NCBI RefSeq assembly: GCF_039654945.1
Contig: NW_027362008.1
Span: 4,092,001 to 4,156,000 of the forward strand
From: Dendrobates tinctorius
Taxonomy: Eukaryota
Reading direction: 5' to 3'
Length of the DNA: 64,000 nt
Part shown: one piece after another, positions 51,944 to 64,000 of the stretch
Layout: the number at the start of each line of letters is the position of its first letter
How positions within the stretch are numbered: the stretch's first letter is position 1
Notes under the pieces: generated by a model
Database searches by the model: none
The model's input: only the letters and a program-made list of their open reading frames with translations
Told to the model about the DNA's origin: nothing
Position numbers and translations under genes: made by a program

Positions 51944-53164
51944 CACTCACTGGCCACTTTATTAGGTACACCATGCTAGTAAGGGGTTGGACCCCCTTTT
52001 GCCTTCAGAACTGCCTCAATTCTTCGTGGCAGAGATTCAACAAGGTGCTGGAAGCATTCCTCAGAGATTTTGGACCATATTGACATGATGGCATCACACA
52101 GTTGGCGCAGATTTGTCGGCTGCACATCCCTGATGCGAATCTCCCGTTCCACCACATCCCAAAGATGCTCTATTGGATTGAGATCTGGTGACTGAGGAGG
52201 CCATTTGAGTACAGTAAACTCATTGTCATGTTCAAGAAACCAATCTGAGATGATTTGAGCTTTATGACATGGCGCATTATCCTGCTGAAAGTAGCCATCA
52301 GATGTTGGGTACATTGTGGTCATAAAGGGATGGACATGGTCAGCAACAATACTCAGGTAGGCTGTGGCGTTGCAACGATGCTCAATTGGTACCAAGGGGC
52401 CCAAAGAGTGCCCAGAAAAAATTCCCCACACCATGACACCACCACCACCAGCCTGAACCGTTGATACAAGGCAGGATGGATCCATGCTTTCATGTTGATT
52501 ACGCCAAATTCTGACCCTACCATCCGAATGTCGCAGCAGACATCGAGACTCATCAGACCAGGCAACGTTTTTCCAATCTTCTACTGTCCAATTTCGATGA
52601 GCTTGTGCAAATTGTAGCCTCAGTTTCCTGTTCTTAGCTGAGAGGAGTGGTACCCAGTGTGGTCTTCTGCTGCTGTAGCCCATCTGCCTCAAAGTTCGAC
52701 GCACTGTGCGTTCAGAGATGCTCTTCTGCCTACCTTGGTTGTAACGGGTGGCAATTTGAGTCACTGTTGCCTTTCTATCAGCTCGAACCAGTCTGCCCAT
52801 TCTCCTCTGACCTCTGGCATCAACATGGCATTTCCGGCCACAGAACTGCCGCTCACTGGATTTTTTTTCTTTTTCGGACCATTCTCTGTAAACCCTAGAG
52901 ATGGTTGTGCGTGAAAATCCCAGTAGATCAGCAGTTTCTGAAATTCTCAGACCAGCCCTTCTGGCACCAACAATCATGCCACATTCAAAGGCACTCAAAT
53001 CACCTTTCTTCCCCATACTGATGCTCGGTTTGAACTGCAGGAGATTGTCTTGACCATGTCTACATGCCTAAATGCACTGAGTTGCCGCCATGTGATTGGC
53101 TGATTAGAAATTAAGTCTTAACACACAGTTGGACAGGTGTACCTAATAAAGTGGCCAGTGAGTG
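51944..53164 (-). mobile_element. Full-length Tc1/mariner transposon, DD36E (Incomer-like), 1221 bp
   Basis: Perfect 29-bp TIRs CACTCACTGGCCACTTTATTAGGTACACC (51944-51972, 53136-53164) and a TA TSD. The empty site cagttaTAtttgtc is present in U1 and U3. Confidence 0.97.
51976..53016 (-). CDS. Intact Tc1-family transposase, 346 aa, DD36E triad
   Basis: N-terminal HTH region, then WSDES, QQDNAPCH and SPDLNPIEHLW, with 36 residues between the second D and E. Confidence 0.96.
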   Translation of the reverse strand: MGKKGDLSAFECGMIVGARRAGLRISETADLLGFSRTTISRVYREWSEKEKKSSERQFCGRKCHVDARGQRRMGRLVRADRKATVTQIATRYNQGRQKSISERTVRRTLRQMGYSSRRPHWVPLLSAKNRKLRLQFAQAHRNWTVEDWKNVAWSDESRCLLRHSDGRVRIWRNQHESMDPSCLVSTVQAGGGGVMVWGIFSGHSLGPLVPIEHRCNATAYLSIVADHVHPFMTTMYPTSDGYFQQDNAPCHKAQIISDWFLEHDNEFTVLKWPPQSPDLNPIEHLWDVVEREIRIRDVQPTNLRQLCDAIMSIWSKISEECFQHLVESLPRRIEAVLKAKGGPTPY

Positions 53165-54214
53165 TATTTGTCAATACACTTTTTAAGTGGAACTTATTAG
53201 CATGATTTTATAAGCACTTTTTTGCAAGAGAAATAAAGAAAACAGTAATTTTAACATTTATTTGTAGTTTAAAGTTTGTGTTATCTGATTTGCTGAAAAA
53301 ATAAAGCAGTAACTGCATTCAGTAGGTCAGTACTAATATGGTGCTGGTAAATTTGTATAATCTTAATTGTTTTTTATGTTTTGTACAATATACACTTTAA
53401 AAAAAACCCATTTTTATACTGTTTTACAATTTTTTGTTAGTGGCGTGGTATGAAGATTTATTTTTGCCTGAAAATCTGTAGCTTTTGTTGTTAACAGTTT
53501 GTTGTACATGCAACTTTTTGATCACTTTTACATTATTTAGGAGGCAAAATGAAAGAAAAACACGTAAATTCTGAATTTGTTTTAATATTTTTTTAAACCC
53601 CAGTCACTGTTGGGTATAACTGTCATGGTATCTTTATTTGGTGGACGATATCATCACCATATTCTCATAAACTTCACTTATTTATTTTTCGGTTTATTGT
53701 AGGTGACGCTGATTGAGGCTTTGTTTTTGGTTATATATGCCTTTCTAGTTATTATTTATCTCATTGTTTTGCTGGGAAGCAGAAACAAACAGCTATGAAT
53801 TGGAAATAGTTGTTATTTTTATGGAGTTCGTCCAGCAGTATAATTGACATGATTACTTTATTCTGTGTGCTGATATGATTATGTTCATATCTAAGAAAAT
53901 CACAATACATTTTTTATAGCTGTCACATTGTGAGTCAATGCTTTGTATTTTTCTGACTGCAGATCTGTATGAGGACATGTTTTTGGGTAACAAACTAGTT
54001 ATTTTGGTATAGCATCGGGATACATGATTTTTTAATTCAGTTTTTTAGTGAGGTAAGATGAACAAGAATAGCAAGTTTAGCAGTTTCTCACTTTACCCCT
54101 CATATGGCATTGATCATGCACAATAAATGATAAGATTGTTTTATAACATGGGTCAGATCAGCAAAATTCAAAATCGCTTAACTGTTTGGATTTTCCCAAT
54201 TAATTTGATTTTCA

Positions 54215-56500
54215 TAGAATCATAGAATCATAGAATCGTAGAGTTGGAAGGGACCTCCTGGGCCATCTGGTCCAACCCCCTGCTCAAAGCAGGATTCGCT
54301 AAATCATCCCTGTTAGATGTCTGTCCAGCCTCTGTTTGAAGACTTCCATTGAAGGAGAACTCACCACTTCTCGTGGCAGCCTGTTCCACTCATTGATCAC
54401 TCTAACTGTCAAAAAGTTTTTTCTAATATCTAATCTGTGTCTCCTCCCATTCAGCTTCATCCCATTGCTTCTAGTCTTTCCTTGTGCAAATGAGAATAAA
54501 GTTGATCCTTCTACAATGTGACAGCCCTTTAGATATTTGTAGACAGCTATTAAGTCTACTCTCAGTCTTCTCTTTTGCAAACTAAACATTCCCAAATCCT
54601 GCAACCTTTCCTCATAAGACAGGGTTTGCAGACCGGTCACCATTCTGGTCGCTCTTTTCTGAACTTGCTCCAGTTTGTTGATGTCTTTTTTAAAATGTGG
54701 TGCCCAAAATTGGACACAATATTCCAGATGAGGTCTGACCAAAGAGGAGTAGAGGGAAATAATTACTTCACGTGATCTAGACTGTATGCTTCTGTTAATA
54801 CATCCTAGAATTGCATTTGCCTTTTTTGCTGCTGCATCACACTGTTGACTCATATTCAGTCTGTGATCTATTAGTATACCCAAGTCTTTTTCACATGTGC
54901 TGTCACTTAGCCCTATTCCTCCCATTCTATATATGCTTTTTTCATTTTTATTGCCCAGATGTAGTACTTTGCATTTCTCCCTGTTAAAAACCATTCTGTT
55001 AGTTGCTGCCCACTTCTCCAGTTTATTTAAATCTTTTTGAATCCTCTCTCTCTCTTCTCTAGTATTAGCTATCCCTCCTAGCTTTGTGTCATCAGCAAAT
55101 TTAATCAGTTTACCCTCAATTCCTTCATCTAAATTGTTGATAAAGATGTTGAACAATACAGGGCCCAGGACAGAGCCCTGTGGTACCCCACTTGAGACAT
55201 TCTTCCAACTGGATGTGCAGCCATTTATGACCACTCTTTGGGTCCGATCACTAAGCCAGTTATGAATCCACCTAACAGTTGCCTTGTCCATTCCATACTT
55301 AGTCATTTTTTCAATAAGGATTGTATGAGAGACTTTGTCAAATGCTTTGCTGAAGTCAAGATATACTATATCTACAGCATTTCCTTGATCCACCCAATCA
55401 GTGATACCGTCATAGAAGGAAATTAAATTAGTCTGACATGACTTATTATTTACAAACCCATGCTGACTCTGTTTAATCACTTCATTCTTATCCAAGTATT
55501 GACATACATGTTGTTTAATAATTTGTTCAAAGATCTTTCCTGGTATAGAAGTCAGACTCACCGGCCTATAGTTGCCTGGGTCCACCTTCTTCCCCTTTTT
55601 GAAGATAGGAACAACATTTGCTCTTCTCCAGTCTTCTGGCACTTCTCCTGTTCTCCAAGAATTTTCAAAGATTATGGAGAGGGGTTCAAAAATTTCTTCT
55701 GCTATCTCCTTCAGTACTCTGGGGTGTAATTCATCTGGACCTGGAGACTTGAATTCATTTAGGTTAGCTAAGTGTTTCCTCACTATCTTTCTGTTTATAG
55801 ATATCCTGGATTCTTCTATTCCCTTAATAGGACAGTGAATAACAGTTGATGTTACATTTCCTTTCTGAGAGAAAACAGATGCAAAATAGGAATTTAAAAG
55901 TTCAGCCTTCTCAACATCCTGTCTTACCATTTCATCATTTTCATCCTGTAAAAATCCTATAGCATCTTTGACTTTTCTTTTACTTTTGACATATCCCCAA
56001 AATCCTTTATTATTGCTTTTGACATCTCTTGCAAGTCTCAATTCATTTTCAGCTTTAGATAATCTGATTTGTGCCCTGCAGGTTCTGCAGACAGCATTAT
56101 ATTCTTCTTTAGATATGCCTCCCTCTTTCCATTTTATAAACATTTTTTTCTTCCTTTTTAGCATGTGCTTAAGTTCTGTGTTCATCCATCCTGGTTTCCT
56201 TAAATGCTTCCTATTCTTCCCTCTTTTCGGAATTGTTAACAACTGTGCTTTGAGAATTTCATTTTTCAAGATTTCCCATCCTTCCTGGACATTTTTGTCT
56301 TTAAGGATATCCAGCCATTGGATCCCTCCAATTCTCTTTCTGAATCCCTTAAAATCTGCCTTTCTGAAATCTAACGTTGACGTCTGAGTCTTCACAGGTC
56401 TTCCGCCTCTAGTTATCCAAAATTCTAAAATAGCATGGTCGCTACCTCCTAGGGTCCCAGCCACTTTTACCTCCTCAACCATTTCCTCCCTGTTTATAAG
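54215..56500 (-). mobile_element. CR1 copy B, U4 (open 727-aa ORF at 54299-56482)
   Basis: TSD GATTTTCA at 54207-54214 and 56501-56508; the tail is one octamer shorter. Confidence 0.96.
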
Positions 56501-58588
56501 GATTTTCAGAGAAGTTATTCTCCATGAATTGAGTATCGCTGATTATGTACTGGAATCTCTCCATGCTGATATTTTATCGTCTTTTCAAATCTGAGTGAAC
56601 AAAGAATTTGTTTTTTCACTTCATCGTTAAGCTAGGTCATCTCTTTTTTGGATTTTTTTATTCCAAGACATGGCAGTTCTGTGCTCAGAGCTTCATGATC
56701 TATTAACGCTGTGAGATGGATTGTTTTATATGTCTAATGTAACGCAACAAGTATAAAAATGTTCTATAGTGAAGGTCAAAACTGGCTCCAGTATGTAACA
56801 ATAAAAATGAAATAATGTGAAAACTTTTTTCACTATCTCATAAAGCTAAATTTATAAACCTTTCCAAAAATAAAATGAGATTGGCGTACAAAATCAGCTC
56901 ATCAAATAAGGAAATTCTCCCATTACACTAAAAATAAATTTGCAGAAACTGGTACATGACCTGTACCCATAGCGGTGCCATTTACTTGGTGGAAAGGGAT
57001 GAAATTAAAAATAAAATCATTTGAGTCAACTAAACATCCAATAATATTTTAAAACAAACCTGTTTTGTGACTAAAAACAGATCTGCTCATCTCTCATCAG
57101 TACATGGGTGGTAGAGGTTAGCAGTGAAACAATAGAAATTTATTTAGATGCATTTACATTGTTACATGATATGAATACAGTTATGTTAGATGTCTTGTGA
57201 CTACAGGTAAATGTTCTTTACCCAATTTAATAAAAAAATCTACTTACATCCAAATCTTCATTTCACTTGACCAAATAGTGAGATGTTGATGTAATTATCC
57301 TTTACAGAAACCTCTTGATTATGTCTTCTGCTGACATACTCACACTTTTTAAAGAAATGTTTTTATTCAATATTGGCTCGTTCACCCGTCTTAATCTAAA
57401 GTCACTGGATGCTTCTATAATTAAATGTAAATAAAAAAAAGAAGGGGTTACCAGATATGAAGATGCTATGCTACTGTGAAGGTAACGTGGCAAATGCATT
57501 TCCAGTAGATGTAAAAACAGTAAATTTCTGAAGATCATAAAAAAATAGACATCAATCAGCTATAAAAAGCTAACACATGTATTACATTCTTCAATATGTT
57601 GTACACTTGGACGGGATGGCCATGGGGGTGGCATTCACGCCAAATAAGTATCAACACAATATCTCAGTGCAATTTTGCACATCTTTAATATTGTATAAAA
57701 TATAGAAAGCCACTTCTACTAGATGTCTAATAGCATGGAAATGAAGACTGTTATAGCCCCCATTTACATGAATTACACACGTATATACAAGATGTATGAA
57801 GCATGGAACACCTTACTATATTAATAAATAATACAATTGAGCAATTTGAAGCAAACACTGCACTCAGCAGCTATTAATCAGGTAATCATAGCAGTGGCCC
57901 TAACAATTTCAATACCATGGTCATTGCATATTTTAGAAATTTTGTCTCTTGACTTCATGAAACTATCATGAAATAATACAATGAATAACATTTCTCTCTT
58001 TAGTTTACCTAATTATCAGCACAATGGTGAATAGTATCACAGGGCACCACAGGAAATTTCTATCCCTTTGTGTTGTCCCAAACCAGCATTCTCCCTGGAG
58101 AGATTTATAAATGTCAGTTTATATGTAAATGGAGACAGTAAGTCTTGGCCAATGACAATATCCCACTAATTAACAACCCCCTGCTCTTCCCAGATATAAA
58201 CTGTTTCCTCCTCTCAGTGACATCTACTTCACTCCAGGTATTATTTGTGGTCAGAACTGGCCTCTGAGGAGCATCAAGCTGTAGACTTGTTGGTGTACAG
58301 GAGGAGTTCAGCACCGACTATCATCTCTTTCAGTAGCAGTAGACATCTTCAATCTCCATCTACAAAGGTGAATATATGATAAGTATAGCACAGCATATAG
58401 TAGATGGTATTACTGCAGATCCCTGGGGAATTATGCAATGCTGGAACATTATTACAGTGACTGCACACTATTATACAATTGTGCATTTCTAGTCGCAGTT
58501 TACACGAGGTGATTACAGTATGTTATTATGGGTCTCAAAGATGTTTCATGCTTTATTCAATGCCATATCTCATTTCATTTTATTCAGA

Positions 58589-60238
58589 ATGGCCACCAAC
58601 ATCAAGGAAGCAAGCAAGAACACGGCAAAACACCTTCTTCATCTGATATCAGAAACTTCCAAGAACCTGAAGATGATGGAAGTGACTGACCACTTTGAAC
58701 TTTTGCTAGAACTTGGGACTGGATCTTTTGGAAATGTACACATGGGAAAACACAAACATTCAGGTGAGATGATGATGATGGATGATGACTATGAAGATGA
58801 CTGAGCCATCAGGGTGGTTTTAGATGAATGTGAAAGATGAAATTGAAATCTGCTTGTACCCTGACAAACTGTACTTGTTAACAATCATTAAGTATGACCC
58901 TAGTTGTATCCTATCTACAACGTGTCATTAGTATTCTGCACCACTACCCTCTAGTCTTATGAATGCTCCTGTGTAAAGTGATTGATCAGGTTGTTTATAT
59001 GGTTTTAAAAGTGTTATGGAATATGATGAGGATGAACATTAACAATTATAATGTTTATTCAACAGGACAGACCGTGGCAATTAAAATGATGGCAAAGAAG
59101 AAGACTCCAGAAGACAACTTCTTTCTGGAATATTGCATTTCACAAACCCTCAGCATTCATCGGAACATCATATTTACTCACGACATCTTCTTCCATACCA
59201 GTAGGGATTTTGTGTTTGTTCAGGAAGTGGCACCGGCCGGAAATCTCCAGTCCATCCTTGTACCTAAAGTAAGATCTTAAGCTGTTCTCCACTTTTACAT
59301 ATTCAAGCATTATTCATACTGCTGAAGAAAAAAATTAGTGGTCTTTATTGTAGATCTGACATCTAACATTACCCTATTTCCTCAGATTTAATAAACTCAT
59401 ATTTCTGTAAGTAGCAGTATGGGACCCCCATAATTAGGCAGGTTTAGGTTGTATGAGTATGTGTGAGCTAGTAAAATCCTCTATGTGAGAGATATTTAAT
59501 TTTTAGTGGAAATCTCACATTATAGAGGATATCTGATTAATAGCAGAGTAGAACTGATGTCTGCAGGAATTATATCTACTAGTAGAAGATATCTATAAGT
59601 CTTCTGTTCTTTTATATCAGATATGTTTTCCCTTCTGCTGTTCAGCTGTGTAATCTTCTGTGTTGTCTTTTTCTTAGGTCGGCATGCAGGAGGACATGTT
59701 GAAGCGTTGTGTTCCTCAGATCGCCAGTGCTCTGGACTTTATGCATAACAGAGGAATGGTTCATCGGGATATCAAGCCGAATAATATTCTTCTGATGGAT
59801 GCAGAATGTCACTGGATAAAGCTGGCAGACTTTGGACTCACCAGGCTCCAGGGCACATTTGTTCCTTTTGTGCCCTGGTATAAACCCTACACTGCTCCAG
59901 AGCTCTGCTGCCTTAGACCAGGAGAACAGTTGTTGCTACATCCTAGTCTTGATGTCTGGGCTTTTGGTGTAGTCATTTATTATGCTCTTTCTGGACTCTT
60001 TCCTTGGCATGGGGCAAAACGCGGTGATCGAGATTATAAAGAGTTTGCCTGGTGGCAGGTTGGAAGGGATCTGTCAAAAGCTCCAAAAAAGTGGAAGAAA
60101 ATTTCAGTGGAGGCCAGAGTAATGTTCTGGGAACTGCTTCAAATAAATGCCTCTAAGAGAGGCTCGGCCATTGACATTCTAAAATTTATGCACTTGCCAT
60201 GGAAAGCCGAGGAATGTTCAGAGACCGAAGCAACCTGA
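58589..60238 (+). CDS. SBK-family kinase copy 4; exons 58589-58763, 59066-59268, 59678-60238
   Basis: Intact; the protein is identical to copy 3 in the ORF track. Confidence 0.92.
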
Positions 60239-60778
60239 TATGTTGAATCTATGACAAACTGCAATATGATATTTGTTTTTTTAATCAATAATGTCTACAA
60301 AGCAGACTGTGAACTATTGTAAATAGCTCAATAAATGAATAAAACAGACTTGAATCTTACTAAAGTTTGTCTCGAGAAAAACAGAAAAAAATATAGAAGT
60401 TACGGGTATACGAACATGGGACACTCCCAAAACATTTTTTAAGTCAGTTTTTTTCATAAAAGTAACAAAACATAAAAAGTGATATAGAAAAGGAATTGTC
60501 ATGGTATTGCTATTCACATTCTACATATTTCACATTGACATGCTTTAGCACTACAGAGTGCATCTTTTTTGTTTATTGAAAATGAAGGTAACTGCAGCTA
60601 GTTGGCTCCTGTTCACATTAGCTTGGAAGTGCCAGTCTTTTTGTCACTAAAAAAATAATACTGGTACTTTATTCCCAAATTTGATAAATATGCTGAGCCT
60701 CCATCTTGCTATTTGCACTGGATATTATGCCCATTGGTTAAGAAAACTCCCTTGGTTATACAGGACTCAAGATTTTTT

Positions 60779-63700
60779 ACAAATACAGGATGATTTTGAT
60801 TGACAAGAATTATTGCAGCTGGTGACAATCCTTGTGCTTTTGCTTTGCACACAATTCCTTTCAATTTGCAGGACCCTGGTATAACCAGGCAGCTGATACA
60901 GCAATGGATTCACCAGTTGCCGTGACTTGTATACTGTATATATTTTTTGGAGAAAGATACTTAATTTGAACAATCCATTTCTATTACATATCAAATTATT
61001 CTTACAATTTAAAGACAATATTCTTATAGTAAGAAGAGATGTGTCTTTTACTTTTTGGAAAGCATGCAGTAAAAAATAAAATCATTATGAGTCAGCACAA
61101 ATTCTAATAATTTGAAAACAAAACTCTTGAGTGACTGAATATGATTGCCCTTTGTGCTCAAAAATATTTTACTGCCTGAGTTCCCAATTCATAACAGATT
61201 CTGGTATAAAATGTCTCAATGTAAAGTCTCACTATCATTCTTGTGGGTGGCCAGGACTTCCAGCATCACCAGACCTCTGACTTCACTGTGCCTTTGTTGG
61301 GAAAAAACTTGGCACTCATAGTAAAATCAGAGGATTTTATATTTGAATTTATTTAACATTGTCGGAGAAGAGATTTCTATTTCTACTTGGGTAGTTTCTG
61401 TCTTATGGGTACCCATGCAATGAAGCATAATGAGAGAGACAGACTGCTCGCTGTGTTTCCAAATCGTCTCTAAGGTTTATTGACAGTGTGAACTTTTACA
61501 TAACAAGATCAAAAAGAAATGAAGAATACATAAGAATTGGCAAAATAGAAAGGGAGGTTACACAATCGTTGACATAAAAAGATAGGTTATACAATGAGTT
61601 GTCAACCACATCCTCGGACACAAGATAAAATTAAATGAAAAATGACAGGAATACAGGGGTGCTTTCCAAAAGTCAATGTGCTCTAAGTTAATAGTCATGA
61701 GTTCATATTCAAAAGATATTTTTCTAAAAAGATGTTAGAACATTTCACCTCAAAAGGGAAGAGAATGCATGTCCTTCAGATTTTCTGGGAATTGTAGGAA
61801 CTGACCATTAGCCATAGGACTGTGACCACATAGACAGATGATAACTGGATGTCACGACTAGTGACGAGTTCGCTGCCGAGCCAACACCTCCACGTCGACG
61901 ACCACGACGATGTGGGGTGAGCGTCCCAAGTGGGGATGGAATGTGGACCCACTGGACCACAGGGGGGACCCAGGCCTACCCAGACTAGGGAAGAGTAGCG
62001 ACCGGGGTCTGTGGCAGCTGAGCATGTGGACGAGGAGGCAGAATGACATGACACCGCACACTTCAGGTATAGACATAAAGTTTACTTGAACAAGACATGG
62101 TACATAAACGAAACAGTTATGCAAGGCTCCCGGTTCCGCACATCAGGGAAGGGTACATGTCTCAGGATAACAGAAGAAAGGCAGGAGGTCATTACGGGTT
62201 GAGCAGTCCAGGGTTGTCTGGCATGGGTATACTAGGGCGGCCTCTTCCTCAGTCCTCAGGGGTAGCAAAGGGTCACCAGGAGAATATCAGACACCGACCA
62301 CAAACAGACTTCAGAAAATGGCAGGCATTGTCTGACATTTCAATCACATCCATACACGCAGTACTTCTGTATTCTCCCGCTACCCGTATTTTATCAAAAA
62401 AGCTCTAATGCCAATGGACAAAAACATAAATCTTATCTATTTATAGAAACTCTTGGTTGGTTCACTATATCCTCTAATTAGTGTCCTATCTGAGTACCCG
62501 GTTGCATACAAAAAAATTGAGCAATTATATTCACATATTGTCTTCACGTGATTTTCCCACTTCATTACAAACTCCCACCCGGTTCCTTCCATTAGGTTTT
62601 TCCAAGGAGCAACTAACCAGAGAGTTTTATCTTAATCGCTGCTTTGAGCAACAAAAAGGCTGTTTATACACTGAGCACACATCATTTAGTCTCCATACAT
62701 CAACAGAGCTGCTTTACAGTAGTACGAAATGAATATGTTGAAGTGTATTTTCCTGGGCCCAACCAGTATGTGGGTACCAAGGTGTAATGGGGTGCATAGG
62801 ACTATGCAGCAGGGCAGACATTGCTGTCACTCTGTAAACAAAAGAGTAGGGGAGAACCGTATGAATATGGTGAAGTGTATTTTTTTCCTGGGCCCATCCA
62901 GTATGTGGGTTCCAAGTGTTTAATGGGGTGCATATGACTATGGTATGAATCTCGGAAAAAAATATTTAAAGCTGTGAACTAGGAGTCAGGAATGCTTCCA
63001 GGGGCGATCCCCATGAATTCCCCATTTCATTTGAGCAGTGTTTAAATCATTTTCAGATGTTTCTAGACCTTAAAATGACCCCCTTGGGGGATCACAGCAA
63101 AAATGCTCGGGTTTCCCATAGACTTATATTGGGCTCGTTGTTCTGTCCGAGTACCCAAGTATTACAATTTGCTCGACCCGAACAACGAGTGCCCAAGCAT
63201 TTTAGTGCTCGCTCATCACTAATCCCAGTACTTAAAAAGCGATACTCAATTCATGGAGAATAACTTCTTTGAAATTCAAATTAATTGGGAAAATCCAAAC
63301 GGTTAAGCGATTTTGAATTTTGCTGATCTGACCCATGTTATAAAACAATCTTATCATATATTGTGCACGATGAATGCCGCATGAAGGGAAAAGTGAAAAA
63401 CTGCTAAACTTGCTATTCTTGTTCATCTTACCTCACTAAAAAATTGAATTAAAAAAATCATGTATCCCAACGCTGTACCAAAACAACTAGTTTTGTACCC
63501 AAAAACATGTCCTCATGCAGATCTGCATTCAGAAAAATAAAAAGCAATGACTCTCAATATGACAGCTATAAAAAACATATTGTGATTTTCTTGGGTATGA
63601 ACATAATCATGTCAGCACACAGAATAAAGTGAACAAGTCAATTATACTGCTTACGTTTGAAAATCCACCAGGCTTCCCTATTTTGTAATGTAACCTCCGT

Positions 63701-64000
63701 ATCACCCCCTCTGATGGGTGTGTGTATTTTTTCAATTGCATACACCAGAAGTGTTTTCAGGTCATCTTTATGACATTCAATAAAATGTTTTGACACCTGA
63801 GATGTGTTCCTTTCCATGTTAATATTCTCTGTGTCATAGATGTGTTCCCCAATTCTTTTCTTCAGCTTGCGTTTTGTGCTTCCAACATGTTTTAGATGGC
63901 AGAAGGTGCACTCCATAATATATACCAAGGTTTTAGTGCTACAATTGATAAAGGTTTTAGTAGCAAAATTCTTGCTTTCACTAGAATCTCCAAAGCTAGA
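60779..64000 (+). repeat. Tandem array unit U5 (partial, runs off the window)
   Basis: Colinear with 1-3222 at offset +60778. Confidence 0.95.
63652..64000 (-). mobile_element. Penelope-like element, U5 copy (partial, GIY-YIG end)
   Basis: ORF 63638-63928. Confidence 0.85.

Larger units (their letters stand above)
43403..60778 (+). repeat. Tandem array unit U4 (17376 bp; carries a Tc1 insertion)
   Basis: Colinear with U3, plus a 1221-bp transposon and TA duplication, minus one CR1 tail octamer and one A. The net +1214 bp matches the observed length. Confidence 0.97.

Overview
Eukaryotic genomic DNA from a vertebrate, most likely an anuran amphibian judging by its transposon content. The whole window is a head-to-tail tandem array of near-identical large units. 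With boundaries set arbitrarily by the window start, these are U1 1-16164, U2 16165-27240, U3 27241-43402, U4 43403-60778 and a partial U5 60779-64000. Each complete unit carries one intact spliced gene on the + strand for an SBK-family Ser/Thr kinase (3 coding exons, 312 aa). A spacer of nested transposable elements separates the genes: a hAT-type end, a decayed Penelope-like element (RT plus GIY-YIG), two CR1 LINE copies, a Harbinger-type MITE, and a Penelope-type tail with a minimal hammerhead-ribozyme-like fold. U2 is about 5.09 kb shorter because its two CR1 copies recombined into one chimera. U4 is about 1.2 kb longer because of a young, intact DD36E Tc1-family transposon. Sequence variants are shared among units in a mosaic pattern, consistent with ongoing unequal exchange or gene conversion. 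All alignments and coordinates were done by eye; no database searches were run.
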